Below, piece by piece: positions 8,834-18,092 of a DNA stretch of 44,343 bases. How positions within the stretch are numbered: position 1 is the stretch's first letter; the number at the start of each line of letters is the position of its first letter. Origin of the DNA: Anaerolineales bacterium (lineage in GTDB: Bacteria; Chloroflexota; Anaerolineae; UBA1429); contig JBDKSN010000024.1 of assembly GCA_039680625.1 (NCBI GenBank), forward strand, positions 1 through 44,343, read 5' to 3'. Below the pieces are notes generated by a model. It was given only the letters and a program-made list of their open reading frames with translations. It was not told the DNA's origin and ran no database searches. The position numbers and the translations under genes were made by a program.

Positions 8834-10231
8834 ATGTCCATGCATCTGAACCGTCGGCAATTGTTGCGTTCGATGGCTGTGGGTACAGCAGGGGTGGTTC
8901 TTGCCGCCTGCCAGCCCAAGGTCGTCGAGAAGGTCGTCAAAGAGACGGTGATCGTCGAAGGCACGCCCAAGGTCATCGAGAAGACCGTGGTCGTCGAGAA
9001 AGAAGGGCCGCCTCCGACGGCGGCCAAGTATGAGAAAGTGATCGTCTGGGGGTGGTGGGAGCCGCGCATGGCGTTCTATCAAGATGCGGCCAACGCTTTG
9101 ATGGATCAGAACCCCGATATCGAGGTCGAGGTCATCAGTCTGCCCGGCGATCAACTGTGGTCCAAGGTTCTTCCCGCCACTGCCGCGGGCACCGGCCCCA
9201 CACTGCTCAAGCAAAAGCCGACCTACTACTTTTCATTCCTCGACAATGGGCTGCTTGAGCCCTATCCGGAAGAGATCTTTCCTATCGACTGGTGGAAGAC
9301 CAATTTCCCCGACACGTGGGACATCTATGGCAAAGAGGGCCGGCAGTACGTCTACCTCGACGGCTCGATGGCCAACTTGCTGATGTACAACCGCACGATG
9401 TTCGAGGCCGTCGGTCTCGACCCGCAAACACCCCCAGTCAGCTGGGATGAGTTGATCAACATGGGCAAGCAGCTCACCAAGACGGATTCCGCCGGCACGA
9501 TCCTGGAGGAGGGCTTGATCCTCGGCGAGTACCCGTGGATCAACGCGGTCTATCAGCTCGGGGGCAGCCTGGTGAACATCGCCGACGATGGCACGCGTAC
9601 GTCAGCCATGCTATCCGAGCCGGCCGTCAAGGCCTTTACCTGGTTGTGCGAGCTCTATACCAAACACAAGATCTCTTCCCGTGAGTTCCTCACCTATGAG
9701 GAGGCCATCGGCACCTCCAAGGCTGCTATGGGCCTGATGACGAGCTGGATCGTGGGCACATTCGACACGACCTATCCGGACGTCGCCGCTGTGCTGGGCT
9801 GGGCGCCCCCGCCCACGCCGACCGGCAAGCCTGAGCCTGTGTGGGGCTACAAGACCAATGTGCTCGCCCTGACGATGTTCCAGAACCGGCCGGTCATGGA
9901 GAAGGAAGCTGGCTTTGTGTATCTGGATTGGCTGCTCAATAACTCGGACAAGTCTCTGGCAGATATCGCCGAGATCACGGGCTGTCTACCGGGGAAGCTG
10001 TCCGTGCGTAGCGATCCTCGCTTCACGGCCAAAGAGGCGTTGCGCGTAGCCATCGACACGTTGCCTCTGGAGAAGAGCTCGGTCATGGAGAGCGAGAACT
10101 TGAACGCAGTACGCGACAACGCCATCAACCGCGTTGTGCTCGAGGGACAGAGTATCGAGGAATCTCTCGCGATCGCTGATCAGGAATGGAACCAGTGGCT
10201 CGCTGAGGGCGATGCGTCGCACATGGCCTAG
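8834..10231 (+). CDS. Carbohydrate ABC transporter substrate-binding lipoprotein (CUT1)
   Basis: Twin-arginine NRRQLL plus lipobox LAAC; VEKVVKETV linker; YNRTMFEAVGLDP..PP.SWDE motif; AAGGAG RBS. Confidence 0.9.
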   Translation: MSMHLNRRQLLRSMAVGTAGVVLAACQPKVVEKVVKETVIVEGTPKVIEKTVVVEKEGPPPTAAKYEKVIVWGWWEPRMAFYQDAANALMDQNPDIEVEVISLPGDQLWSKVLPATAAGTGPTLLKQKPTYYFSFLDNGLLEPYPEEIFPIDWWKTNFPDTWDIYGKEGRQYVYLDGSMANLLMYNRTMFEAVGLDPQTPPVSWDELINMGKQLTKTDSAGTILEEGLILGEYPWINAVYQLGGSLVNIADDGTRTSAMLSEPAVKAFTWLCELYTKHKISSREFLTYEEAIGTSKAAMGLMTSWIVGTFDTTYPDVAAVLGWAPPPTPTGKPEPVWGYKTNVLALTMFQNRPVMEKEAGFVYLDWLLNNSDKSLADIAEITGCLPGKLSVRSDPRFTAKEALRVAIDTLPLEKSSVMESENLNAVRDNAINRVVLEGQSIEESLAIADQEWNQWLAEGDASHMA

Positions 10232-10242
10232 ACTGGTCTTGT

Positions 10243-10273
10243 TTGCCAGAGGCCCCATCGGGGCCTCTGGCAA
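10243..10273 (+). terminator. Perfect 14 bp stem-loop after the SBP gene (mRNA-stabilising or partial terminator)
   Basis: TTGCCAGAGGCCCC-ATC-GGGGCCTCTGGCAA. Confidence 0.75.
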
Positions 10274-10310
10274 GGGTCTTTGGAGACATCCCTGAAAGGG
10301 GGCGCCGTAT

Positions 10311-11240
10311 ATGGCTCTCTCAGCTATCCGTCGGGCAAACCAGACCGCAGGCCGAGCGCGTCGGGCACGCCTCGGCGGCCCACAGAGACGCTTTGTCTGG
10401 TCCGTGCTAGGACCTTGCATCCTCTTCTACCTGATATTCCGCTTCTACCCGTTTGCCAATGCGCTGATCATCAGCTTTCGCGAGTACAACATCGTCTCGC
10501 CCGTCAAGCCATTCGTTGGCTTGGACAACTATGAGAAGATCTTTAACAACACGGTGTTCCGTGCCGCCATTGTCAACAGTTTTTACTATGGCGTGGTGAC
10601 GACGATCGTCGGCCTGATCGTGTCGCTGGCCGTGGCCTTGCTCATCAACGGCCTGCCTCGCTTCAAAGACGCCTTCCGCGCGATCTTTTTCCTGCCGCAG
10701 ATCACCAATGCCATCGCCGTAGCCATGGTTTGGGGATGGCTCTACCAGCCAGTCTATGGTTTTTTCAACCAAGTGCTCAAAGTGTTCGGGCTGCCGGTGA
10801 TCGGCTGGCTTACCTCACCTCAATACGCTATGCCCAGCCTCATGGTCATGGGCATCTGGGGCGGGGTAGGCATGAGTGTGGTAGTGCTGATGGCCGGGTT
10901 GGCGGGCATCCCCAGCGTCTATCGTGAGGCCTGCATGATCGACGGTGGCAACCGCTGGCACATCTTTCGCTATGTCACCTTGCCCCTCTTGCAGCCCACC
11001 CTGGTCTTTATCCTCGTCACCGGTTTTATGGGTGCGTTTGAGCTCTTTTCCTCTGTGTTCGTGCTCACGCAGGGCGGCCCGCTGAACCGGACTTATGTGC
11101 TGGCCTACTACATCTACCGACGTGCGTTCGTTGACCTCAAGATGGGCGAGGCGTCAGCGGCAGGCTTTGTGATGTTCGTCTTGGTACTCGCGATCACGAT
11201 CATCCAGTTGCGCTTTATGCGGACGCGCTGGGAATACTGA
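10311..11240 (+). CDS. Carbohydrate ABC transporter permease (MalF/UgpA-like)
   Basis: FVGLDNY; EAA-loop YREACMIDGG; TQGGP; multiple TM segments. Confidence 0.92.
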   Translation: MALSAIRRANQTAGRARRARLGGPQRRFVWSVLGPCILFYLIFRFYPFANALIISFREYNIVSPVKPFVGLDNYEKIFNNTVFRAAIVNSFYYGVVTTIVGLIVSLAVALLINGLPRFKDAFRAIFFLPQITNAIAVAMVWGWLYQPVYGFFNQVLKVFGLPVIGWLTSPQYAMPSLMVMGIWGGVGMSVVVLMAGLAGIPSVYREACMIDGGNRWHIFRYVTLPLLQPTLVFILVTGFMGAFELFSSVFVLTQGGPLNRTYVLAYYIYRRAFVDLKMGEASAAGFVMFVLVLAITIIQLRFMRTRWEY

Positions 11241-11279
11241 GCCGCAGCCAGAGGGCGGTAAGTGCAGAAAGGAGCCCAT

Positions 11280-12113
11280 ATGGGTAGACAAACGACGGAT
11301 CGGTTGATGCACGCCATCGCCTATGTGTTGCTGGCGCTTGGCTCGATCATGATGCTACTGCCATTCTACTGGATGGTCATCACCTCGATCAAGATCCCGT
11401 CGGAGGTAGTCACATTCCCGCCGACCTGGGTGCCCTCGGTGGTGACCTTTGACCACTATGTGCGCGTATTCCGAGATCTGGCGGTCGGCATTCTGTATCG
11501 CAACAGCGCCGTCGTTGCCATCACCAAGACGTTGCTCATGGTATTCACCAGCGCCCTGACGGGCTATGTGTTTGCCAAGTTCAGCTTCAAGGGGCGCGAC
11601 CTCATCTTCTCGGCCATCATCGCGACGATGATCATCCCGTTGCAGGTGTATATGATCCCCCTCTATCTGATGATGGTGGATTTTCAGTGGCACAACACCT
11701 ACACCGGGTTGATCATGCCCTACGTCTTTAGCGCGTACGCCATGTTCCTGGTGCGCCAGTTCATGCACAACATCCCGAGCGAATTGATCGAGGCGGCGCG
11801 CATAGACGGTGCGGGCGAGCTGCGCATCTTTCTGCGTATCGTGATGCCTCTCAGCCAGGCAGTGCTGGCCACGCTGGTCATCTTTTACTTTATGTGGAAC
11901 TGGAATGACTTCTTGTGGCCGTTGGTAGTGCTGAATAGCCCGAACAAGTATACCCTGCCGATCGGGCTGACCGTGTTCAACAGCGAGTATGGCACTGACT
12001 ATGGCGCCACCATGGCCGCCGCGTCCATCGCCGTGATCCCGGTGATGATCGTGTTCTTTGTGTTTCAGCGTCATATCGTCGAGGGCGTAGCGCTCACCGG
12101 CCTCAAGGGCTAG
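11280..12113 (+). CDS. Carbohydrate ABC transporter permease (MalG/UgpE-like)
   Basis: ELIEAARIDGA, WNDFLWP, GLKG end; AAAGGAG RBS before the ATG at 11280. Confidence 0.93.
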   Translation: MGRQTTDRLMHAIAYVLLALGSIMMLLPFYWMVITSIKIPSEVVTFPPTWVPSVVTFDHYVRVFRDLAVGILYRNSAVVAITKTLLMVFTSALTGYVFAKFSFKGRDLIFSAIIATMIIPLQVYMIPLYLMMVDFQWHNTYTGLIMPYVFSAYAMFLVRQFMHNIPSELIEAARIDGAGELRIFLRIVMPLSQAVLATLVIFYFMWNWNDFLWPLVVLNSPNKYTLPIGLTVFNSEYGTDYGATMAAASIAVIPVMIVFFVFQRHIVEGVALTGLKG

Positions 12114-12164
12114 GAGCATCGCTAGAGCTGCGAACCGCCTCTCAGCACGCGTGAGGAGTGGACA

Positions 12165-13064
12165 ATGTCCAAACGGTATCTGACTCATGAGGAGTTTTTC
12201 GACGACACCTTGCCGCCATACGCCACCGGAGAGCGGCGCCTAGCCTGTCTGGGCCTGCAGGTGCCCTTTCCTCTGACTTACCTTGTCACGATGGACCGGC
12301 ACACCCGTGACGTTCGCGTGACCACGGCGACGCTAGGCCCTTTTAGCTGGGTGCCCTATACGATGTCGGTCAACATTCCGCTTGGCGACGAGCCGACTGT
12401 CGCCAATCTGCGCGCCGAAGGCGAATGTGTGATGGCCTTACCCACACGCACACAGGCTCGCCAGGCCTGGATCGCCTCACATATCTATCCCGCGGGCATC
12501 AACGCCGCTGAGGTGGCTCGTCTCACGATGGCGCCGTCTCACCGCGTACAGGTGCCGAGCATTGTCGAGTGCCCCGTGAACTTTGAGTGCATCATCGAGT
12601 ACGTCCGCATGTACCACGGCTATGGTATTGCCGCCCTCCGCGTGGTGGGCGCGACCCTGGATGATGAGGTGCTGCCGTTGTCACGCGAGGCGCTCAGCCA
12701 GCTCTATCCCATCAACTATGTTGGTGAGCGCGTCTATGGCGACGGTACGGTCAGCGCGCGCCTGGCGATGATGGGTACGATCACACCGTGTCCAACCTTT
12801 CCCGTTGGGCACAAACAAGGTTGGGATACGCGAGTGCCCACCTGGGTGGCCGATCTCGTGGCTGAGGAGTTCATCTCGAGGCGAGAGGGAGACCTGGTGA
12901 TGGCCTGGCTCGCGGACTATGAGAGGATGCGGCTCGACCCGCATCTCGCTGAGCGTCAGGACTTGCAAGACAAGCTCACGACTTTTGCCGAGCTGGCGGC
13001 CTGGGGCGAATGGGAAGCCCTGCACGCCTACCTGGGCATCGAACCGCCGGAGGCGCGGTCATGA
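12165..13064 (+). CDS. Flavin reductase-like (FMN split-barrel) protein with C-terminal extension, paralog 1 (subtype B)
   Basis: SWVP, GIN...ARLTMAPS.RV.VPSIVECPVNFEC motif typical of flavoredoxin/flavin reductase-like proteins; GAGGAG RBS. Confidence 0.75.
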   Translation: MSKRYLTHEEFFDDTLPPYATGERRLACLGLQVPFPLTYLVTMDRHTRDVRVTTATLGPFSWVPYTMSVNIPLGDEPTVANLRAEGECVMALPTRTQARQAWIASHIYPAGINAAEVARLTMAPSHRVQVPSIVECPVNFECIIEYVRMYHGYGIAALRVVGATLDDEVLPLSREALSQLYPINYVGERVYGDGTVSARLAMMGTITPCPTFPVGHKQGWDTRVPTWVADLVAEEFISRREGDLVMAWLADYERMRLDPHLAERQDLQDKLTTFAELAAWGEWEALHAYLGIEPPEARS

Positions 13065-13975
13065 AAGTGTTCTACACGCACGACGAAATCGAACAACGCT
13101 ATCCCTACCTCGTCCCCGGCATCGAGGAACCCTCGCACCGCCATTTCGCTTTTCAGCCGGCGCGGCCCGCGAATCTCCTGGTGAGCCTGGATCGGGTGAC
13201 GGGCGAGATCAACGTCTCAGCGGGCACCATCGGGCCACTAAGCTGGGACCCTTACACGATCGCGATCCACTGTAGCAAGTCCAGCCTGGACAGCAGCGCC
13301 AATATCCAGCAGGTGGGCGCTGAATGTGTCGTGGCGCTACCGGGAGACGACATCATCCCCCAGACCTGGATGACAGCGCTCAACCTCCCGCGCGGCGTCA
13401 ACGAAGCCAAGGTGGCGCGGTTGACGCTCTATCCCTCGCGCCTGGTCAAGGCGCCCAGCGTCGCCGAGTGTCCGGTCAATCTGGAGTGTGTGGTAGAGTA
13501 CTACCGTGAGCAGCACTCGCACTTTATCGCTTTCCTGCGCATCCTCGGCGCCAGTATCGACGAGTCGCTACTGACAGAGGATCCTGACGCCGCCATGCAC
13601 CGCTTCCCCACCTGGGAAGTCGACGACGTCGACAACACGTGGCATGGCTCGGTGGAGCGGCTCGGCGTGTTGGGCGAGTTTCTGGCGGTACCGCGCGTGC
13701 GCCCGGCGCGTGGCTGGGGCGGACGTCTAGAGGATTGGCTGCTCGACCTGCGTCAGACCGGTGAGCTGAGCGAGCAAGAACTGCAGACAGCTAACGCCTG
13801 GCTGAAGCGATGGAACAGTCTGGCTGATGTACGGCCCGCCGCTTGGAGCGACACCGGCGTCGAGTCCGACAAGGCCCGAGAGCGCGAGCAGATGCATCAA
13901 CGCATCACCCGGCTATGCACGCTGATGGCCTGGGACGAGTTGGATGAGCTGCATCGCCTGCTCCAGGCTGGCTGA
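13061..13975 (+). CDS. Flavin reductase-like protein with C-terminal extension, paralog 2 (subtype A)
   Basis: Start MKVFYTHDE via ATGA overlap with paralog 1; GEINVS, DSSANI, GVNE, PSRLVKAPSVAECPVNLEC, H in HSHF. Confidence 0.8.
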   Translation: MKVFYTHDEIEQRYPYLVPGIEEPSHRHFAFQPARPANLLVSLDRVTGEINVSAGTIGPLSWDPYTIAIHCSKSSLDSSANIQQVGAECVVALPGDDIIPQTWMTALNLPRGVNEAKVARLTLYPSRLVKAPSVAECPVNLECVVEYYREQHSHFIAFLRILGASIDESLLTEDPDAAMHRFPTWEVDDVDNTWHGSVERLGVLGEFLAVPRVRPARGWGGRLEDWLLDLRQTGELSEQELQTANAWLKRWNSLADVRPAAWSDTGVESDKAREREQMHQRITRLCTLMAWDELDELHRLLQAG

Positions 13976-14011
13976 TCGAGTCTCAAGAAGCCAATGTCCA
14001 AGGAGACAGAC

Positions 14012-17000
14012 ATGACCGAGCTTGAGACCCGCGCGGTGTGCCTGCCGGGCGGCGAGCGGCCCGTGCTCTGGGCGGGCGATGTGGTGGTGGCGGGCGCATC
14101 CTTTGCTGGCCTGTCGGCTGCGCTAGCGCTGGCTGGTTCGGGACGTCGGGTGGCCATCATCGAGCCACGCACCTACCCAGGGCGTGAGCTAACGGCGACC
14201 CAGCGGCCGTGGCTTCTTGAAGATGTAGGATCAGAAACGCCATTGATCGCCAGTTGCCTGGCGTTGCCCGGCAATGTGCGGCATGGAGGCGAGGTGGCTC
14301 TGCACCCTGATCAGCTCAAGATCTACGTCGAGGACGTACTCGCCGCGGCGGGTGTGGAGTTGTTCTATGCCACCCATGCCGTCGGCCTCTTGACGGGTGA
14401 CGGTGCTGTTCAGGGGCTGGTGGTAGCGAACAAGTCAGGCCGACAGGTGCTGCTGGCCTCTGTGCTGGTGGATGCGACGGAGACAGCCCTGCTGGCTCGT
14501 TTGGCGGGGGCAAAAGTTGCGCCTGACATGACCCCTACCGTCTACCGGCGCACGCTCGAGTTCGGCGGCGTCGGCGAAGACGTTAGCGAGACGCTCGACG
14601 TACCCGCCACGCTGGGCCTGGTGGGGAACCGCGTTGAATGCCATCGAGGGGTGCAAGGGGCAGGGCACTGCTATGTAGACTATGCTGTAGCCTGGCCGCG
14701 GCGGGCCACAACCATGCCTGAGGCTGCCGCTCTCAAGGCGAGCCTGGAGGCCACTGGGCTGGCGTTGACGGTCTATCTGCGCGACCATGTGCTGGCGTTC
14801 GCGCCGCCTGCCATCATTGGCTTTTCGTCGTACGAACCTGCCGGGCCACTCTGTGGGCCGCTGTCCGCCGGTGCCTCGCTGCCCGAAGGCCTGTGGCTGC
14901 TCAATGAGTCTTCGGCCGATGGCACGGACTATGCTGACGCGCGTGCCGCGGCCCGTCGGGGCGAGGAGCGAGGGCGCCAAATCGCTGAGTGTATTCGGCC
15001 GCCTCGCCGCTCGTCGGCGAGTGCGACAGAGCCTTTGACCGGCGGGCAACCTAGTTTGACTGTGCGCGAGCAGAGTGTGCCGCAGCGTGGTCGGGCGTAT
15101 CCGTTCGCTGTGGTACCTGAGGAATCCCTGCCGGTGGTGCTGTCGCGCGATATCCTCGTCGTGGGCGGTGGCTCCAGCGGCGCGATGGCCGCCATTGTCG
15201 CTGTCGAGGAGGGCGCCTCGGCAGCCGTCGTGGACATGAACCCGGGCCTCGGGGGCACAGGCACTTATGGCGGCATCAACACTTACTGGTTTGCGCGCCG
15301 CTTTGGCTTTGTCGACCGCTTGATGGGCTGGCTAGATGAGATCCATGACCGCCTATACATTCGCCGGCCTCAGGGCGTAATGGCCCACTGGAACGTCGAG
15401 GCGCGCGTGCAGGCGCTGCGCGAACAGGCCGAGCGTGCGGGCGTCAAGACCTTGCTCAATGCGCTCGCCTTTGGCGCCGTGCTTGAAGGGCAGCATGTGC
15501 GTGGTGTCGCGGCCGCGACTCCCTATGGCCCAGTGGTCGCTCTGGGCCGCGTGGTGCTCGATGCTACCGGCGACGCAGATGTGGCGGCCTGGGCGGGGGC
15601 CGAGGCGACGTATGGCTCTGCTCGGGAGCATGTAGTGATGTGGGGCTACATGCCACAGCTCGCCGCGCCAGACCAACCCCGCAACGTCAAGACCAGCATG
15701 GTCGATACGACCAACATCGCCGACTACAACCGTATGATCCGCGCCGAGCGACGCCGCGCTGGATCTGGCGACTATGATCATGGGGTGTATCTCGCCCCAC
15801 GCGAAAGTCGGCACATCCAGGCCGAGGTAGTGATGACGCTCACCGATCAGCTCACCCGGCGCTGTTGGCCCGATGTGGCCTATATCGCCTTTAGCAATTA
15901 CGACATGAAGGGCGAGGCCACGTCGGATTGGGTGCGTATGGGCCTCCAGCCGCCTAACCTGACGATGGAGATCTCTTATCGGTCGTTGGTGCCCAAGGGG
16001 GTGGAGGATATCTTGGTGGTGGGCAAGGCCTTTGCCGCCACGCACGACGGCGTAGCCGCCCCACGGATGCAGCCCGACATGGAGAACCTGGGCGGTGTAG
16101 GCGCGGTGGCGGCGGCTCTGGCCTTGCGCGAGCGAACCTCGGTGCGTGCGCTGAATGTACGTCACCTGCAAGAGCGTCTTGTCGGCCTGCGAGTGTTGCC
16201 CGCAGACGTTCTGACGCGCCAGCTGGCACCACTCAGGTTCACACGCGCTGAGCTCGAGCGCCAAGTTGCCGAGATCGATGGCAAGCGTCCGTTGGCCGAC
16301 TATTCGGCCCAAGAGATCGGGGAGCCGTATCCGGGGCGGGTGCCCGAGGTGGACGTGATGTGCGCTGGCCCAGAAGCCATCCCCGTGCTGGAGGCTGCTC
16401 TGGCCACAGCGGCCGGCCGTCGCAAGACGCGCCTGGCGCAAATGCTGTGCGTGTTGGGATCGCGAGCGGGCGTCGAGCACCTTGTCGGGGTGCTACATGA
16501 AGCGTTTAGCGGGTCTGCGCTACCCGATCGGCCATACAAGGTCATGCATCAAGGCCCACCGCCCGATCAGGGCGCCGACACTGAGGAGGCGCATCTACTC
16601 ACCACGCTGGCTATGGCCGGCGATGACCGCATTCTGCCGTTGTGGCAGCGGGTGGTCGATCTGTTGGACGGCACGACTCGTGAAGACATCTTTGATCCGG
16701 CGAAGGACCGGCTCGGCTATGCCGCGGCTGTGGCCTACGGCGCAGAACGCCTGGGCGATCCGCGCGCCGTGCCCATTCTGCGGCAGCTGCACAGCTATCC
16801 GCTGTTCGGGGGCCTGCGCTCGACCTCAGGCCAGCAGGCGGACTGGTTCCTCGAGCGGCTCGCGTATGGCGAGCTGCTCACGGGGCGGGCATTGGCTCGA
16901 TGTGGCAGCCCCGAGGGATTCATCATCCTGATCAACTATCTCGAAGATGTGCGCGCCTCACTGGCCGAGCACGCCCACGAGGAGCTGATCAGCATCACGG

Positions 17001-17167
17001 GCGAGGACTATGGCAAAGATGTCTCGGCGTGGGCCGCCTGGCTGGAGCAGACAGCCGATCAACTAGAGCCGCGGCCCTATCATGCTACACCCGAGCCGGT
17101 GGCGGCTTGGCGCGAGTGCATTCTCGTCGAGGCCGATGCCCCTCGGCCATCGGCGCCACAAGCATAG
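14012..17167 (+). CDS. Large FAD-dependent oxidoreductase: two tandem FAD_oxidored (PF12831-like) modules plus C-terminal HEAT-like helical region
   Basis: Module 1: DVVVAGASFAG...NKSGRQ...VDATE. Module 2: DILVVGGGSSG...GGTGTYGG...DATGDAD...PRESRHI...ISYRSLVPKGVEDILVVG. C-terminus ALARCG...LISITGEDYGKD..AW..W. AAGGAG RBS before 14012. Confidence 0.82.
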   Translation: MTELETRAVCLPGGERPVLWAGDVVVAGASFAGLSAALALAGSGRRVAIIEPRTYPGRELTATQRPWLLEDVGSETPLIASCLALPGNVRHGGEVALHPDQLKIYVEDVLAAAGVELFYATHAVGLLTGDGAVQGLVVANKSGRQVLLASVLVDATETALLARLAGAKVAPDMTPTVYRRTLEFGGVGEDVSETLDVPATLGLVGNRVECHRGVQGAGHCYVDYAVAWPRRATTMPEAAALKASLEATGLALTVYLRDHVLAFAPPAIIGFSSYEPAGPLCGPLSAGASLPEGLWLLNESSADGTDYADARAAARRGEERGRQIAECIRPPRRSSASATEPLTGGQPSLTVREQSVPQRGRAYPFAVVPEESLPVVLSRDILVVGGGSSGAMAAIVAVEEGASAAVVDMNPGLGGTGTYGGINTYWFARRFGFVDRLMGWLDEIHDRLYIRRPQGVMAHWNVEARVQALREQAERAGVKTLLNALAFGAVLEGQHVRGVAAATPYGPVVALGRVVLDATGDADVAAWAGAEATYGSAREHVVMWGYMPQLAAPDQPRNVKTSMVDTTNIADYNRMIRAERRRAGSGDYDHGVYLAPRESRHIQAEVVMTLTDQLTRRCWPDVAYIAFSNYDMKGEATSDWVRMGLQPPNLTMEISYRSLVPKGVEDILVVGKAFAATHDGVAAPRMQPDMENLGGVGAVAAALALRERTSVRALNVRHLQERLVGLRVLPADVLTRQLAPLRFTRAELERQVAEIDGKRPLADYSAQEIGEPYPGRVPEVDVMCAGPEAIPVLEAALATAAGRRKTRLAQMLCVLGSRAGVEHLVGVLHEAFSGSALPDRPYKVMHQGPPPDQGADTEEAHLLTTLAMAGDDRILPLWQRVVDLLDGTTREDIFDPAKDRLGYAAAVAYGAERLGDPRAVPILRQLHSYPLFGGLRSTSGQQADWFLERLAYGELLTGRALARCGSPEGFIILINYLEDVRASLAEHAHEELISITGEDYGKDVSAWAAWLEQTADQLEPRPYHATPEPVAAWRECILVEADAPRPSAPQA

Positions 17168-17186
17168 CTAGAAGTAGGAGAAAGCC

Positions 17187-18092
17187 ATGGCCAAGTTGTT
17201 CGTGACCAAAGAGTTCATGCGCTCGTCGCCGACCGTCCAAGGGGTGCTGGATCACCGCCAAGTGCACTTTCACTTTCGGCCGGTGCGACCAGCCGATATC
17301 GTCGTCTCGCTAGATCCCGTCTCGGGCGAGGTCAACCTGGCTGCTGGCACCTATGGGGTGACCGCCTGGAATCCGCTGACTATCGGCCTACACATTCACA
17401 AGAGCAGCTATGACAGTCAGCGCAATGTCGCCGCCGCGGCGCCGGGCACAGGCTTGGTGGTCGCCCTCCCCAGTCGCGACCTGGTGCGCGAGACCTGGTT
17501 CACCTCGATGCCTATTCCACGGGGTATCAACGAGGGCGACCTGGGCCATCTGACCATGGTGCCCTCGCAGCTGATCGAGCCGCCCTCTATCGCCGAGTGC
17601 CCCGTCAACCTAGAGACGGTGATCGAGCGCATCGACCTCTATGGCATCCACCACATCGTCCTCTGCCGCGTGCTCGGTGCCCGCATCCAGGACGAAGTCG
17701 TGAGTGCTGACCGGCTATCGACCTTGCGGTGCTACCCGACGCACGAGTGCGATGACATCGACAATGCATGGCGCGGTGCTGTGGAGCGCCTAAGCCTTGT
17801 CGGCGAACTGCTGCCATGCCCGCAGTTCCCCTGTGGCCCACGGCGCGGACTGCAAGGCACTCTTGACGAGTGGATCGCAGAGCTGGGCGCTGCGGGGCTG
17901 ATCACCGCCCAGGGCCAGCATCTTTTCGAGGCCTGGACGGCCCGCTGGCGCCAAGTGGCTCAAGAGGCAGCCGCCCCCGAGCGGGCCGCGCTGCGCACCA
18001 GGCTGTCGCGCGCTATCGAACTGGCCGCCTGGGAAGAGTTCTCGCAATTGAACGCCTATCTGGCGGCCGAAGGAGAGGAGGAGCACCCATGA
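17187..18092 (+). CDS. Flavin reductase-like protein with C-terminal extension, paralog 3 (subtype A)
   Basis: GEVNLA, DSQRNV, GINE, PSQLIEPPSIAECPVNLE, GIHH; closest to paralog 2. Confidence 0.8.
   Translation: MAKLFVTKEFMRSSPTVQGVLDHRQVHFHFRPVRPADIVVSLDPVSGEVNLAAGTYGVTAWNPLTIGLHIHKSSYDSQRNVAAAAPGTGLVVALPSRDLVRETWFTSMPIPRGINEGDLGHLTMVPSQLIEPPSIAECPVNLETVIERIDLYGIHHIVLCRVLGARIQDEVVSADRLSTLRCYPTHECDDIDNAWRGAVERLSLVGELLPCPQFPCGPRRGLQGTLDEWIAELGAAGLITAQGQHLFEAWTARWRQVAQEAAAPERAALRTRLSRAIELAAWEEFSQLNAYLAAEGEEEHP

Noticed and set aside
8910-9005. Short DNA repeats (CCCAAGGTC.TCGAGAAG) at the start of the SBP gene
   Set aside because: They encode the low-complexity KVVEK linker common in such lipoproteins; not a CRISPR or mobile repeat.
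8834-12113. ABC transporter without an ATPase gene
   Set aside because: Normal for CUT1 systems that share an MsmX/MsiK-type ATPase encoded elsewhere.
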